Source of the DNA: Acidobacteriota bacterium
GTDB taxonomy: Bacteria > Acidobacteriota > Thermoanaerobaculia > Gp7-AA8
Length of the DNA stretch: 64,000 nucleotides
Direction of reading: 5' to 3'
Assembly (NCBI GenBank): GCA_019244185.1
Contig: JAFATB010000023.1
Coordinates: 352,001-416,000 of the forward strand
The notes under the pieces are model-generated. The model searched no databases, was not told where the DNA came from, and saw nothing but the letters and a program-made list of their open reading frames with translations. The position numbers were made by a program, and so were the translations under genes. This document shows positions 1 to 8,871 of this stretch, piece after piece. Each line of letters begins with the position of its first letter. The first letter of the stretch is position 1.

Positions 1-114
1 GTCGTGACGATCGCCGGCCGGGTGCGGCACGAACTGCAGAAGGACGTCGCGGTGCAGGTGCTTCGCGGCATCGACGGCGTGCGCGCCATCGAAACGGATC
101 TCCAGAAGTTCTAA
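1..114 (+). CDS. 3' end of probable BON-domain protein (partial)
   Basis: Frame 1 is open to TAA at 112-114: VVTIAGRVRHELQKDVAVQVLRGIDGVRAIETDLQKF, resembling the BON pattern VTLxGxV...GVxxVxNxL. Confidence 0.6.
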   Translation, partial: VVTIAGRVRHELQKDVAVQVLRGIDGVRAIETDLQKF

Positions 115-142
115 TCAGCCCAAACGAACGAACGAAGGCAGT

Positions 143-180
143 AAGGAAAGGCAGGCCGCCGGGCCTGCCTTTCTCCTTTT
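143..180. terminator. Bidirectional intrinsic terminator hairpin
   Basis: AAGGAAAGGCAGGCC-GCCG-GGCCTGCCTTTCTCCTTTT between convergent genes. Confidence 0.75.
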
Positions 181-190
181 GTCGAGATTT

Positions 191-1474
191 CTACCGAACC
201 GTCCGGATGGAGAAGCGCACCTTGGTTCCGGCGTCGATGTCGTCGGGGTGTTTGAGCGTGTGCGCGACGATGAGGCTGAGGTAGATGTCGTAGTCGCGAA
301 ACGCGAACGCCGACTCGGTGCCGAGGCCGACGTCCGCGACGAGGCGCTTGCTCTTGACCATGTCGGAGTAATTGAAGCCGACCGCGCCGGCGCCGAAGTA
401 CCCGACGGCGTAGGCCGTGTTCCAGTAGAGCGAGCCGAGGTGATAGTCGCGATTGCGGAAGACCGGCACGAAGAGCTCGTGCGTCATGTGCGTCTCGTGC
501 GTGCCGATCTCGAAGCCGTTCGTCGCGATCGAGCGCAACGCCTCGCGTCCGCCCAGGCGGAAGAGCTCGTACTGCGGGACGTCGTAGAACTCCCACGGCT
601 CGAGCGGATCGATCTTCATGTCGCCGTCTTTGTCGGTCGGCACGGGCGGCGGCTCGATGAGGTCGCGCTTGAGGAACGCGCCGACGTGCAGGCGTGAGAA
701 GACGAACGACGTCGGCGTCAGATCGAAGCGATGCAGGCCTTCCGCCTCGAGCTTCGTGTACTGATAGTCGCCGTTGGCGACGCGGCTCGACTGCGTGATC
801 GCCGCCGCGAGGCCGGTCTTCTGCGGGCCGATGTCGCGGAAGGCGGTGAGCACCGGTGTAATGCGGCCGCGCTGTTCGCCGACGATGGCGTTCATGCGCT
901 CGTCGAACTGCGTGCCGTACTGATAGCCGATCTTCGTGTAGATGTTGTTCTTGAGATTGTCGGGACGGTTGATGCCGAAGGTGAGGCGGTCGTCCTGCAG
1001 CAGGAGAAAGTAGCGGTTGTTGTAATCCTTCGGAATGCCGAAGAGCAGCAGGCCGCCGCGCACGCGCTCGAATTCCTTCTGATCGTCGGAGCCGACGTCG
1101 GGAAACGAGATCGAGTCGAAGACACCGAGGCGATAGGTGTAATTGCGCGCGTAATACTTGTAGCGGAGGAAGGTCGAGATGTCGCCGTTGACGAAGCGAT
1201 AATCGATCTGGCTTTCAAAGAGGACGTTGCGGATCAGTTTGCGCAGACGGATGGACGCCTGGCCCTCCGGAAGGTAAATATTGACTGCCGGAAGGGAGTC
1301 TCGCCGTTCGTACGTGGCGCTGGCGGCATCGGAGAGGACGGAGGGCTGCGTCGTCGTGACGGAGGTTGGAGGCGGCGCGGGAGGCGGTGTTTGCGGGTCG
1401 GTCGCCTGCGCGAATGCGAGGCGGCTGAGCGCAAGAATTGCCGTGATCGAAGCGAGAAAACGCGTTTTCGACAT
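191..1474 (-). CDS. Exported protein, probable outer-membrane beta-barrel
   Basis: Signal peptide (AFA-Q), Pro/Thr linker, then alternating aromatic/hydrophobic strands; typical codon usage. Confidence 0.6.
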   Translation of the reverse strand: MSKTRFLASITAILALSRLAFAQATDPQTPPPAPPPTSVTTTQPSVLSDAASATYERRDSLPAVNIYLPEGQASIRLRKLIRNVLFESQIDYRFVNGDISTFLRYKYYARNYTYRLGVFDSISFPDVGSDDQKEFERVRGGLLLFGIPKDYNNRYFLLLQDDRLTFGINRPDNLKNNIYTKIGYQYGTQFDERMNAIVGEQRGRITPVLTAFRDIGPQKTGLAAAITQSSRVANGDYQYTKLEAEGLHRFDLTPTSFVFSRLHVGAFLKRDLIEPPPVPTDKDGDMKIDPLEPWEFYDVPQYELFRLGGREALRSIATNGFEIGTHETHMTHELFVPVFRNRDYHLGSLYWNTAYAVGYFGAGAVGFNYSDMVKSKRLVADVGLGTESAFAFRDYDIYLSLIVAHTLKHPDDIDAGTKVRFSIRTVR

Positions 1475-1654
1475 GTGCAAAGTCCGTCCTTTTCGAGGGT
1501 GGCAGCTTATACCTCGTGACTCAAGCTATGGTAAAGTCAAGCACTTGAAGTCTTTACGGGAAAGGTTGTCCATCGCTCTGGCATATGTTTTGTAGCGGCG
1601 CGAGCAACGTAGCCGCGAACCGTTACCGTGCGAAGCAGTTTAGGAGGTGTGATT

Positions 1655-3103
1655 TTGTTCAAGCATCGGCTGATGTTCCCACTGCTGTGCTTCCTGGTGG
1701 CAGGAGCCGCATTCGCTCAGGATGCGGCGATGACTGTCGCCCCAACCCGTGACGACCAGTTGCGGATGTTTGCCCCCACCGTCAGCGGTCCGACCGGACT
1801 GTTCGAGACCGTGGCCGCGGACACTCTGCACCGCGGTGACTGGTCGTTCGGCATCTACTACAACAACTACGACCTCGAAGCCGGCAGCGCGCCCGATCTC
1901 GCTCCGCCTTCGGCGCGCGATTACAAGGACATGGGGTACGACTTGTATCGCCTCAGCGCCTCGGTCGGCTACGGTCTGACGGACCGCTGGGAGTTCACGG
2001 CGATGGTCCCGTGGGACCGCATCGTCGCGCACGGCGGCGACCGCGTCGGCTTCATCAACGGGTACCTCTATCGGGGCTCGTTCACCGACAGCGGCATCGG
2101 CAACGTGCGCCTGGCCACGAAGTTCGGCCTCACGCCGAATGACGCGCCGACGCGCTTCGCCCTCTCGCTCTTTGCCGATCTGCCGACCGGCGACGACGAC
2201 GGCGGCATCGCCACCGGCGGTACGGACTTCGGCATCGCCGGACACCTCACGCACGGAATCGTGTCCGCGGATCTCGGCTACATCGCCCGCGGCGACCGCA
2301 GCAACAACTCGAGCGTCGTCACCGGCTTTCCCGAGGTCAGCATCCCGAACGAGGTTCGCCTCAACGCCGGTCTGAACATCCCGGTGGGCTTCTGGGCGAC
2401 CACGAACTGGATCAACGAAGTCAACACGATCTGGTACACCGGCGGCGATCGCACGCCGGACAATCCGATCTTCCTCGTCAGCGGACTGCGCCACTGGTTC
2501 GGCAACAGCGGCTGGGCGCTCAACGCCGCCGCGCGCTGGAACGTGACGAAGTTCGGCAACGACAACGACGAATGCCGCTTCACGGAGCTCGACGACTGCG
2601 GTCTGTCGGGTCTCGTCGGCCTGACGTTCGCGCCGCTCCATCTGGCCGCTCCCGCGCTGCCGCCGCCGGCCCCCGCGCCGGTGCCGCCGCCGCCGCCGGC
2701 TCCGGAGCCCGCTCCGGTTCCGCCGCCCGAGCCGCCGGTCGCGCCGCCCCGACAGCCGCAGGAGCTGCGCACGGACGAGATTCACTTCGAGCCGGGCTCG
2801 GCCCGCCTCACGAACATCGCCAAGGCCATCCTCGACGAAGTCGGCCTGCGCATGAAGCAGGAACCGACGGCGACGGCGCTCGTCATCGGCTACACCGATG
2901 ACCGCGAGCAGACCGGCGCAAACCGCGATCTCGATCGGCGTCGTGCCGAGGCCGTGCGCGACTACCTCGTGACGCGCCACGGCATCGATCCGTCGCGCAT
3001 CACGGTCGAAGGCCGCGGCACGCAGGATCCGGTCGGCGACAACACCACCGCGGAAGGCCGTCTGCGCAACCGCCGCGTGGTGATCCGCCTCATCCTGCCG
3101 TAA
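1655..3103 (+). CDS. OmpA family protein (N-terminal beta-barrel, Pro-rich linker, OmpA C-terminal domain)
   Basis: IHFEPGSARL, IGYTD, RRAEAVRDYL and NRRVVI motifs; AGGAGG at 1642-1647 before TTG 1655 (start uncertain). Confidence 0.88.
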   Translation: MFKHRLMFPLLCFLVAGAAFAQDAAMTVAPTRDDQLRMFAPTVSGPTGLFETVAADTLHRGDWSFGIYYNNYDLEAGSAPDLAPPSARDYKDMGYDLYRLSASVGYGLTDRWEFTAMVPWDRIVAHGGDRVGFINGYLYRGSFTDSGIGNVRLATKFGLTPNDAPTRFALSLFADLPTGDDDGGIATGGTDFGIAGHLTHGIVSADLGYIARGDRSNNSSVVTGFPEVSIPNEVRLNAGLNIPVGFWATTNWINEVNTIWYTGGDRTPDNPIFLVSGLRHWFGNSGWALNAAARWNVTKFGNDNDECRFTELDDCGLSGLVGLTFAPLHLAAPALPPPAPAPVPPPPPAPEPAPVPPPEPPVAPPRQPQELRTDEIHFEPGSARLTNIAKAILDEVGLRMKQEPTATALVIGYTDDREQTGANRDLDRRRAEAVRDYLVTRHGIDPSRITVEGRGTQDPVGDNTTAEGRLRNRRVVIRLILP

Positions 3104-3126
3104 CGCTCATTCACGCTCTCTCCACC

Positions 3127-3160
3127 AGCCCCCGCGGACTTCGGCCGCGGGGGCTTTTTT
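3127..3160 (+). terminator. Rho-independent terminator
   Basis: AGCCCCCGCGG-ACTTCGG-CCGCGGGGGCT followed by a T run. Confidence 0.9.
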
Positions 3161-3180
3161 CTTGCTGTGAGCTTCTCGAC

Positions 3181-5439
3181 ATGCGCCGTCTTTCTTTCGT
3201 TGCCGTCGTTCTTCTCGTCCTCTCCGCCTGCGCGTCTTCGCAGTCGACCTCCACGTCGACGACGACCTCCGCGCAGCAGCAGACGCAGCCCGCGCAACCC
3301 GCGCACTCGCCGAATGCGCTGACGCCCGTCGCCGCGAACCCGCGCGCGATCGCCGAGCCGCGCATCCGCGTCGGACTCCTCATCGATCAGTCGACCGTCG
3401 CGTTTCCACGCACGACCGACGGCTACGTGCTCGTCGGCGAAAGGGGACCGATGACGCTGCGCCGCGGCTTCACCGCGACCGCGCCGCTCGCGAATGCGAC
3501 CGTGCGTTACGCCGTGCAGATGGCGGCGGTGTCGGATCAGTCATCGGCGGAAGCGCTCGCGCAGCGCGTGCGCAGCGAGACGGGCTTGCGCGTCGACGTC
3601 GTGTTCGATCCCGCCGGCGGTGCGTACCGCATCTTCGCCGGCGATTTCGCGACGTCCGATGAAGCGACGCCGACGCGCGCGCAGCTCACCGACCGCGGCT
3701 ACGGCAAAGACATGCTCGTCGTGCGGCGCCCGTCCGACGAGAAGTTCACGCCGCACATCGAGATCGTCGACGACGAAGGCGAGAGCGCGACGTTCAACTC
3801 CGCGACGCTCGACATCTTCCCCGCGAGCGGCGACACCGTCACCATCGACAAGCAGCCGTACCGCACGTCCGCGCGCCTCTTCGTCAATCCGCGCGGCCTG
3901 CTCAACGTGCTCAATGTCCTCAATCTCGAGGACTATCTGCTCGGCGTCGTCCCCGCGGAGATGGGACCGTCGATCTACGACGAGGTGGAGGCGCTGAAGG
4001 CGCAGGCCGTCGCCGCGCGGACGTACGCGGTCCGCAACCTCGGCCAGTTCGCGAGCGAGGGCTACGACATCTGTCCCGGTCCCGCGTGTCAGGCGTACAA
4101 AGGCTTCTCCGGCGAGGCGGATCTCTCGACGCGCGCCGTGCGCGGCACCGCGGGTCTCATCGCCACGTACGAAGGGAAGCCGATCGACGCGCTCTACACC
4201 GCGACATGCGGCGGCGAGACGAGCGACGTCGGCGTGATGTTTCCCGGACGCGACGAGCCGTATCTCAAGCGCGCGCGCTGCATCGAGCTCGACATGCTGA
4301 CGCTCGAAGGCCGCGCCGACTCCGGCCTTCTCAACGACGCGCAGGTGAACGCGCGCCTTTTCGCGGCGATGGCCGGATTGCCCGACACGTCGGCGGCGTG
4401 GGCGGCGGGCGACGTCGCGCGTGCGGTCGCTGCGGCGCTGCAGCTCGCCGGCGCACCGGCGCCGAGCGGCGCGCCGGCATCGTCGCGGCGCGGCGACGTG
4501 CTCGCGTATCTCGCCTCCACGCTGCAACTCGAGCGCTTCGGACGCGCGCTGACGTTTCCGGAAGATCGTGAATACTTCTTTCCGCAGACGCCGAATTCCG
4601 AAGATGCGGCGTATGCGGCCGCGGCGTTCCTCATCAAGTACGGCATCAATCCGTCGCAGTCGCTCGATCGCGTGAGCCTCGCGCAGCCGATGCCGCGCGA
4701 AGAGCTCTACGCGCTCCTCGGCTCGTGGGTCCGCGAGCACAATCTCGTCACCGACGCCGAAGGGAAAATCCTCCGCGTCGACGGCCGCAAGGTGACGCTC
4801 AAGCAGAAAGGGGAGACGTCTTCGTACACGCTTCCCGCGAACATCCCCATCTTCCGCCGCCTCGGCGACCGCACGCAGGAGTACGCGAGCGTGCCGGTGA
4901 TGCTCGGCGATCGCGCGACCGTCATCGTGGGACCGGGCAAGCGCGTCGCGGCGATGATCGTGCAGGCGAACTACGACGGCGCGGCGTTCGACCGCACGTC
5001 GAGCTTCTCGAACTGGACGCGCAGCTATCGCGCCGACGAGCTGGTGACGTCGATCAACCGCCGCAATCCGATTCGTCAACTCATTGACCTTCGTCCGCTG
5101 ACCGTCGATGCCTCGCAGCGCGTCGCGGAGCTGGAAGTGACCGCGGAGGGCGGGCGCAAGTTCACGCTGAAAGGCCTGCCCGTGCGTTGGTCGCTCAACG
5201 TGCCGGACAACCTTTTCGTGTTCGAGAAGACGAAAGATACCGATGGGATGGATCGCTACACGTTCTATGGCAAAGGCTGGGGCCACGGCGTCGGCATGTG
5301 CCAGACCGGCGCGTACGGCATGGCCTTCCGCGGCTGGACGTACGACCGGATTCTGAAGAACTACTACACGGGGATCGACATCCAGCCGATCGCCGCGACG
5401 GCGACGCCGGCAGCGACGACATCCGCGTCGACGCCGTAG
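3181..5439 (+). CDS. SpoIID/LytB-domain lipoprotein with SPOR-like domain
   Basis: Lipobox LSAC; LEDYLLGVVPAEM, EALKAQAVAARTY and GWGHGVGMCQTGA motifs. Confidence 0.88.
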   Translation: MRRLSFVAVVLLVLSACASSQSTSTSTTTSAQQQTQPAQPAHSPNALTPVAANPRAIAEPRIRVGLLIDQSTVAFPRTTDGYVLVGERGPMTLRRGFTATAPLANATVRYAVQMAAVSDQSSAEALAQRVRSETGLRVDVVFDPAGGAYRIFAGDFATSDEATPTRAQLTDRGYGKDMLVVRRPSDEKFTPHIEIVDDEGESATFNSATLDIFPASGDTVTIDKQPYRTSARLFVNPRGLLNVLNVLNLEDYLLGVVPAEMGPSIYDEVEALKAQAVAARTYAVRNLGQFASEGYDICPGPACQAYKGFSGEADLSTRAVRGTAGLIATYEGKPIDALYTATCGGETSDVGVMFPGRDEPYLKRARCIELDMLTLEGRADSGLLNDAQVNARLFAAMAGLPDTSAAWAAGDVARAVAAALQLAGAPAPSGAPASSRRGDVLAYLASTLQLERFGRALTFPEDREYFFPQTPNSEDAAYAAAAFLIKYGINPSQSLDRVSLAQPMPREELYALLGSWVREHNLVTDAEGKILRVDGRKVTLKQKGETSSYTLPANIPIFRRLGDRTQEYASVPVMLGDRATVIVGPGKRVAAMIVQANYDGAAFDRTSSFSNWTRSYRADELVTSINRRNPIRQLIDLRPLTVDASQRVAELEVTAEGGRKFTLKGLPVRWSLNVPDNLFVFEKTKDTDGMDRYTFYGKGWGHGVGMCQTGAYGMAFRGWTYDRILKNYYTGIDIQPIAATATPAATTSASTP

Positions 5440-5441
5440 CG

Positions 5442-6326
5442 CTACGGCTCGCGCCCGAGGATCAGCAGCGCGAGGGCGACGGCGACGCGGCGGTCGAGCG
5501 CGTCGCTCGTCAGCTCGAGGCGATCGACGGCGCCGCTCGCGGACGGGCGGCGGACGATCGCGCCGGCGGCGAGGCCGCCGAGCTCGAGGCGGAGATTCGA
5601 TTCGGAACGGCGACTGAACTTGCCGAAGAGCTTGCGGCGGACGGCGCGGACGAACGACTCCTCGACCGCCTGGCCGACGAAGCGGTTGTCCTGCACGATC
5701 CACCAGCGGTCGCGGCCGAAGCGGGACAGCGCGCGGTGGCGCAGCTCGGCGAGCCGCGTGCCGTTCGGCGTCGCGACCACGAACGTGCGCGGCAGCAGCG
5801 AGCGTTGCGCGATCGTGAGCGCGGGATGCGCGTCGTCGTAGAGCGTCACGTTCGTGCGCGGCACGAGCAGCGCGATCGCGCACGCGAAGAGGACCGTCAG
5901 CGCGAGCGCCGCGAACGCGCGGAACGGCGCGGCTTCGAGCGCGAGGAACAGCGTGGCCGCGAAACCGGTGAGCAGCACGATGCCTGAGACGAGCGCGGCG
6001 AGGATGCCGACGACGGACGCGAAGCTGCGATACGAAAGCAGAACCGCGCCGTTCGCATCGCGCACGTGCGCGAGCTCGCCGGCGCGCAGTCCGGTCGTGA
6101 AGCGATACGTCGTGCCGGCGAATGGACCCGTCGGCGGAGCGACAACGGGTGGCGCGGCAATCGCGGGCGCGAGCGGCGCGACGTCGAACGGCTTCGCATC
6201 GACCACCGGCTGCGCAGCTTCAGCGCGCGGCGCGGCGAGTGACGGCGTGAATGGCTCGGTCGGTCCTTCCGCGGGATCCGCCAGCGCGACCGCCGCGGCT
6301 TCCTCCGCTACTCCACTTTTTTTTTT
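5442..6326 (-). CDS. Membrane protein with LURP-one/scramblase(tubby)-like C-terminal domain; probably the -1 frame continuation of the upstream FHA gene
   Basis: Frame stays open from the A10 run (6317-6326) to the stop at 5442; two TM segments; ends DRRVAVALALLI. Confidence 0.6.
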   Translation of the reverse strand, partial: KKKSGVAEEAAAVALADPAEGPTEPFTPSLAAPRAEAAQPVVDAKPFDVAPLAPAIAAPPVVAPPTGPFAGTTYRFTTGLRAGELAHVRDANGAVLLSYRSFASVVGILAALVSGIVLLTGFAATLFLALEAAPFRAFAALALTVLFACAIALLVPRTNVTLYDDAHPALTIAQRSLLPRTFVVATPNGTRLAELRHRALSRFGRDRWWIVQDNRFVGQAVEESFVRAVRRKLFGKFSRRSESNLRLELGGLAAGAIVRRPSASGAVDRLELTSDALDRRVAVALALLILGREP

Positions 6327-6787
6327 AGCTCGGCGGAGAGCGCGGCCGCATCGAGCTTCTCGTGCGGCACGGTCTGCAGGTTCACGCGCTCGTGCGGCGA
6401 GGTGGGGCTCACGAGCTGGCTGAGATCTTCGGTGGGCGGCGGCGGCACCGGCTGATCGAACGGCTCGGCCAGCGGCGCGGCTTCGTTCTCCGTCGGCAGC
6501 TCCTCGGAGAAGCGCCCGTACGTGTTGCCCATGCGCAGCTTCGCGCCGTGCGTCAGCGGAGCGACGCGAATGCGTTTGCCGTTGACGTACGTGCCGTTCG
6601 CGCTCGCGAGATCGTGCAGGACGAAGAAGCCGCGCTCGAACACGATCTCCGCGTGATGGCGCGAGACCTTCGGGTCGCGGAGGATGATGTCGTTGCCGGG
6701 ATCGCGTCCGAGCGTGAACGGACGATGCGTCTGCAGCCGGTAGCTTTTCTCCGCGCCGTCGAGGCCGACGAAGAAGATTTTCGCCAT
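6308..6787 (-). CDS. FHA domain protein
   Basis: FTLGRDPGNDI, VSRHHAEI and DLASANGTYVNG FHA motifs. Confidence 0.9.
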   Translation of the reverse strand: MAKIFFVGLDGAEKSYRLQTHRPFTLGRDPGNDIILRDPKVSRHHAEIVFERGFFVLHDLASANGTYVNGKRIRVAPLTHGAKLRMGNTYGRFSEELPTENEAAPLAEPFDQPVPPPPTEDLSQLVSPTSPHERVNLQTVPHEKLDAAALSAELKKKVE

Positions 6788-6812
6788 TCGGCGGCGATTC
6801 TAGCGTACTTGA

Positions 6813-7187
6813 CTATTGCCCAGAGGCTTGGGCATGCGGGCGCGTGATCTCGCGCACCAGCTCGTCGACGGTCAGCGGCTTGGTCAGCCACGCGCGGACG
6901 CGCGGCGGCAGCGCCGGCGGCTCGGGCTGCCCGCTGATGACGATGATCTCGATCTCGGCGGTGCCGTCCTCGTGGTCGAGCCGCTCGACGACCTCGCGCC
7001 CGTCCATGAGCGGCATCATCCAGTCGAGGAGGATGTAGTCGGGGCGTTCGCTGGCGACGCGATCGACCGCTTCCGCGCCGTTGGCGGCCAGCTTGACCTC
7101 GAACCCTCGCTGGTTGAGGCCGATTGCGTACAGCCGCCGGACGTCCGCGTTGTCCTCGACCAGCAGCACTTTCGGCTTCATGCCCAT
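6813..7187 (-). CDS. Single-domain response regulator (REC)
   Basis: VLLVEDN, ILLDWMMPLMDG, IISG and LTKP motifs; start at 7187 or 7181. Confidence 0.88.
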   Translation of the reverse strand: MGMKPKVLLVEDNADVRRLYAIGLNQRGFEVKLAANGAEAVDRVASERPDYILLDWMMPLMDGREVVERLDHEDGTAEIEIIVISGQPEPPALPPRVRAWLTKPLTVDELVREITRPHAQASGQ

Positions 7188-7201
7188 GAACGGGGCAAAA
7201 G

Positions 7202-7217
7202 TGCAGGTTGCAGGCCA
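7202..7217 (-). promoter_or_regulatory. Putative sigma-54 promoter
   Basis: TGGCCTGCAACCTGCA (GG-N10-GC) just upstream of the REC gene. Confidence 0.4.
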
Positions 7218-7269
7218 CCTTCGTGGTATTCTGCGCCCGCCTTCGCGGACCCGCGCGGCCTTTCCGATT

Positions 7270-7806
7270 ATGAATGTGAAGAAGCGTTTGTTGGATGGCG
7301 CGCGGATGAACCGCGCCATTCGTCGCATGGCCATCGAAGTCGTCGAGCGCAACCGCGGTCTCGACGATCTGATGATCGTCGGCATCCGCAGCCGAGGGGT
7401 TCCCATCGGCGAGCGGATGGCGAAGGAGATCGAGGAGATGGAAGGGCAGCCGGTCGCGTTCGGCATCCTCGACATCACGCTCTATCGCGACGATCTCACC
7501 ACCATCGCGCCGCAGCCGGTCGTCAAGCCGACGAAACTCCCCGAGCCGATCGACGACAAGAACATCGTGCTCGTCGACGACGTGCTCTACACCGGCCGCA
7601 CCGTGCGCGCCGCGCTCGACGCGCTGATCGACTTCGGCCGCCCGCGCAGCGTCATGCTCGCCGTGCTCGTCGACCGCGGCCACCGCGAGCTTCCCATCCA
7701 CGCCGACGTGATCGGCAAGACCGTTCCCACCGATGCCGACGAAGTGATCAAAGTGAAGCTCGCCGAGACGGACGGCGAGGATGAAGTCCTGATCATGGAG
7801 AAGTGA
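7270..7806 (+). CDS. pyrR: Bifunctional pyr operon regulator / uracil phosphoribosyltransferase
   Basis: [29 protein letters not shown] and DRGHRELPI motifs. Confidence 0.96.
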   Translation: MNVKKRLLDGARMNRAIRRMAIEVVERNRGLDDLMIVGIRSRGVPIGERMAKEIEEMEGQPVAFGILDITLYRDDLTTIAPQPVVKPTKLPEPIDDKNIVLVDDVLYTGRTVRAALDALIDFGRPRSVMLAVLVDRGHRELPIHADVIGKTVPTDADEVIKVKLAETDGEDEVLIMEK

Positions 7807-8759
7807 GGTTGCGCACCGAAAGCTCGGTCCTTCGCAGCAAAGACCTCCTCGGCATCGAGCCGCTCACTCCCGAAGAGATCACGCTGATCCTCGACACCGC
7901 CGAAGGGTTCAAGGAAGTCAGCGAGCGTCCGGTCAAGAAAGTCCCCGCGCTCCGCGGCCAGCTGGTGATCAACCTCTTCATGGAGGCCTCGACGCGCACG
8001 CGCGTGTCGTTCGAGATCGCCGAGAAACGCCTCTCCGCAGACACCCTCAACTTCTCCGCCTCCGGTTCCGCCGTCGAAAAAGGCGAGACGCTCATCGACA
8101 CGGCCGAGAACCTCGTGGCCATGCATCCCAACATGATCGTCATCCGCCACAAGCATCCCGGCTCGCCGAAGATGCTGGCGGAACGCTTCGAGAACATCGC
8201 CGTCATCAACGCCGGCGACGGCGCGCACGAGCATCCGACGCAGGCGCTTCTCGACGCCTTCACGATCCGCGAACGCCTCGGCCGCCTGCAAGGCGTCAAC
8301 GTGGCCATCGTCGGCGACATCAAGTACTCGCGCGTCGTCCGCTCGAACATTCATCTGCTCACGAAGATGAAGGCGAACGTGACGCTCTCCGCGCCGCCGA
8401 CGCTCCTTCCCGCCGAGATCGAGAAGATGGGCGTGCGCGTCGTGCACTCGCTCGATGAAGCGATCGAAGGGGCGGACGTCGTGATGATGCTGCGCATCCA
8501 GCTCGAGCGGCAGGGGAAGCTCAGCTTCCCGTCGCTGCGCGAGTACTACAACACGTTCGGACTCACGCGCGAGCGCCTGCGCCGCGCGAAGGAAGGCGTG
8601 CTGGTCATGCACCCCGGCCCGATGAACCGCGGCGTCGAGATCGCCTCCGACGTCGCCGACGATCCGCGCTACTCGGTGATCCTCGATCAGGTGACGAACG
8701 GCGTGGCGGTGCGGATGGCGGTTTTGTATCTTCTCGGCGGAGCGCACGCGAGCGAGTAA
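7803..8759 (+). CDS. pyrB: Aspartate carbamoyltransferase catalytic subunit
   Basis: [29 protein letters not shown] and [11 protein letters not shown] motifs. Confidence 0.97.
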   Translation: MRLRTESSVLRSKDLLGIEPLTPEEITLILDTAEGFKEVSERPVKKVPALRGQLVINLFMEASTRTRVSFEIAEKRLSADTLNFSASGSAVEKGETLIDTAENLVAMHPNMIVIRHKHPGSPKMLAERFENIAVINAGDGAHEHPTQALLDAFTIRERLGRLQGVNVAIVGDIKYSRVVRSNIHLLTKMKANVTLSAPPTLLPAEIEKMGVRVVHSLDEAIEGADVVMMLRIQLERQGKLSFPSLREYYNTFGLTRERLRRAKEGVLVMHPGPMNRGVEIASDVADDPRYSVILDQVTNGVAVRMAVLYLLGGAHASE

Positions 8760-8765
8760 AAAAGA

Positions 8766-8860
8766 TGAATGAAGAACGCAGAACGCAGAATGAAGAATTG
8801 AGAAAGGGAGACCGTCCTCCTTTCTACGTTCTGCGTTCTGCGTTCTGCGTTCTTCATTCA
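8766..8860. repeat. Heptamer-arm inverted repeat element R1
   Basis: T-GAATGAA-GAACGCA-GAACGCA-GAATGAA-GAATTGA...core...(TTCTGCG)3-TTCTTCATTCA between pyrB and pyrC. Confidence 0.9.
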
Positions 8861-8871
8861 GCTTCTACGTT

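Noticed and set aside
2650-2760. CCG-rich repeat in ompA; similar Thr/Gly-rich tail in livK (24110-24210)
   Set aside because: Ordinary low-complexity protein linkers.
8766-8860. R1 as a PyrR attenuator
   Set aside because: It lacks the PyrR binding-loop consensus (AGUCC.GNGAGG), and the same element occurs at unrelated loci.
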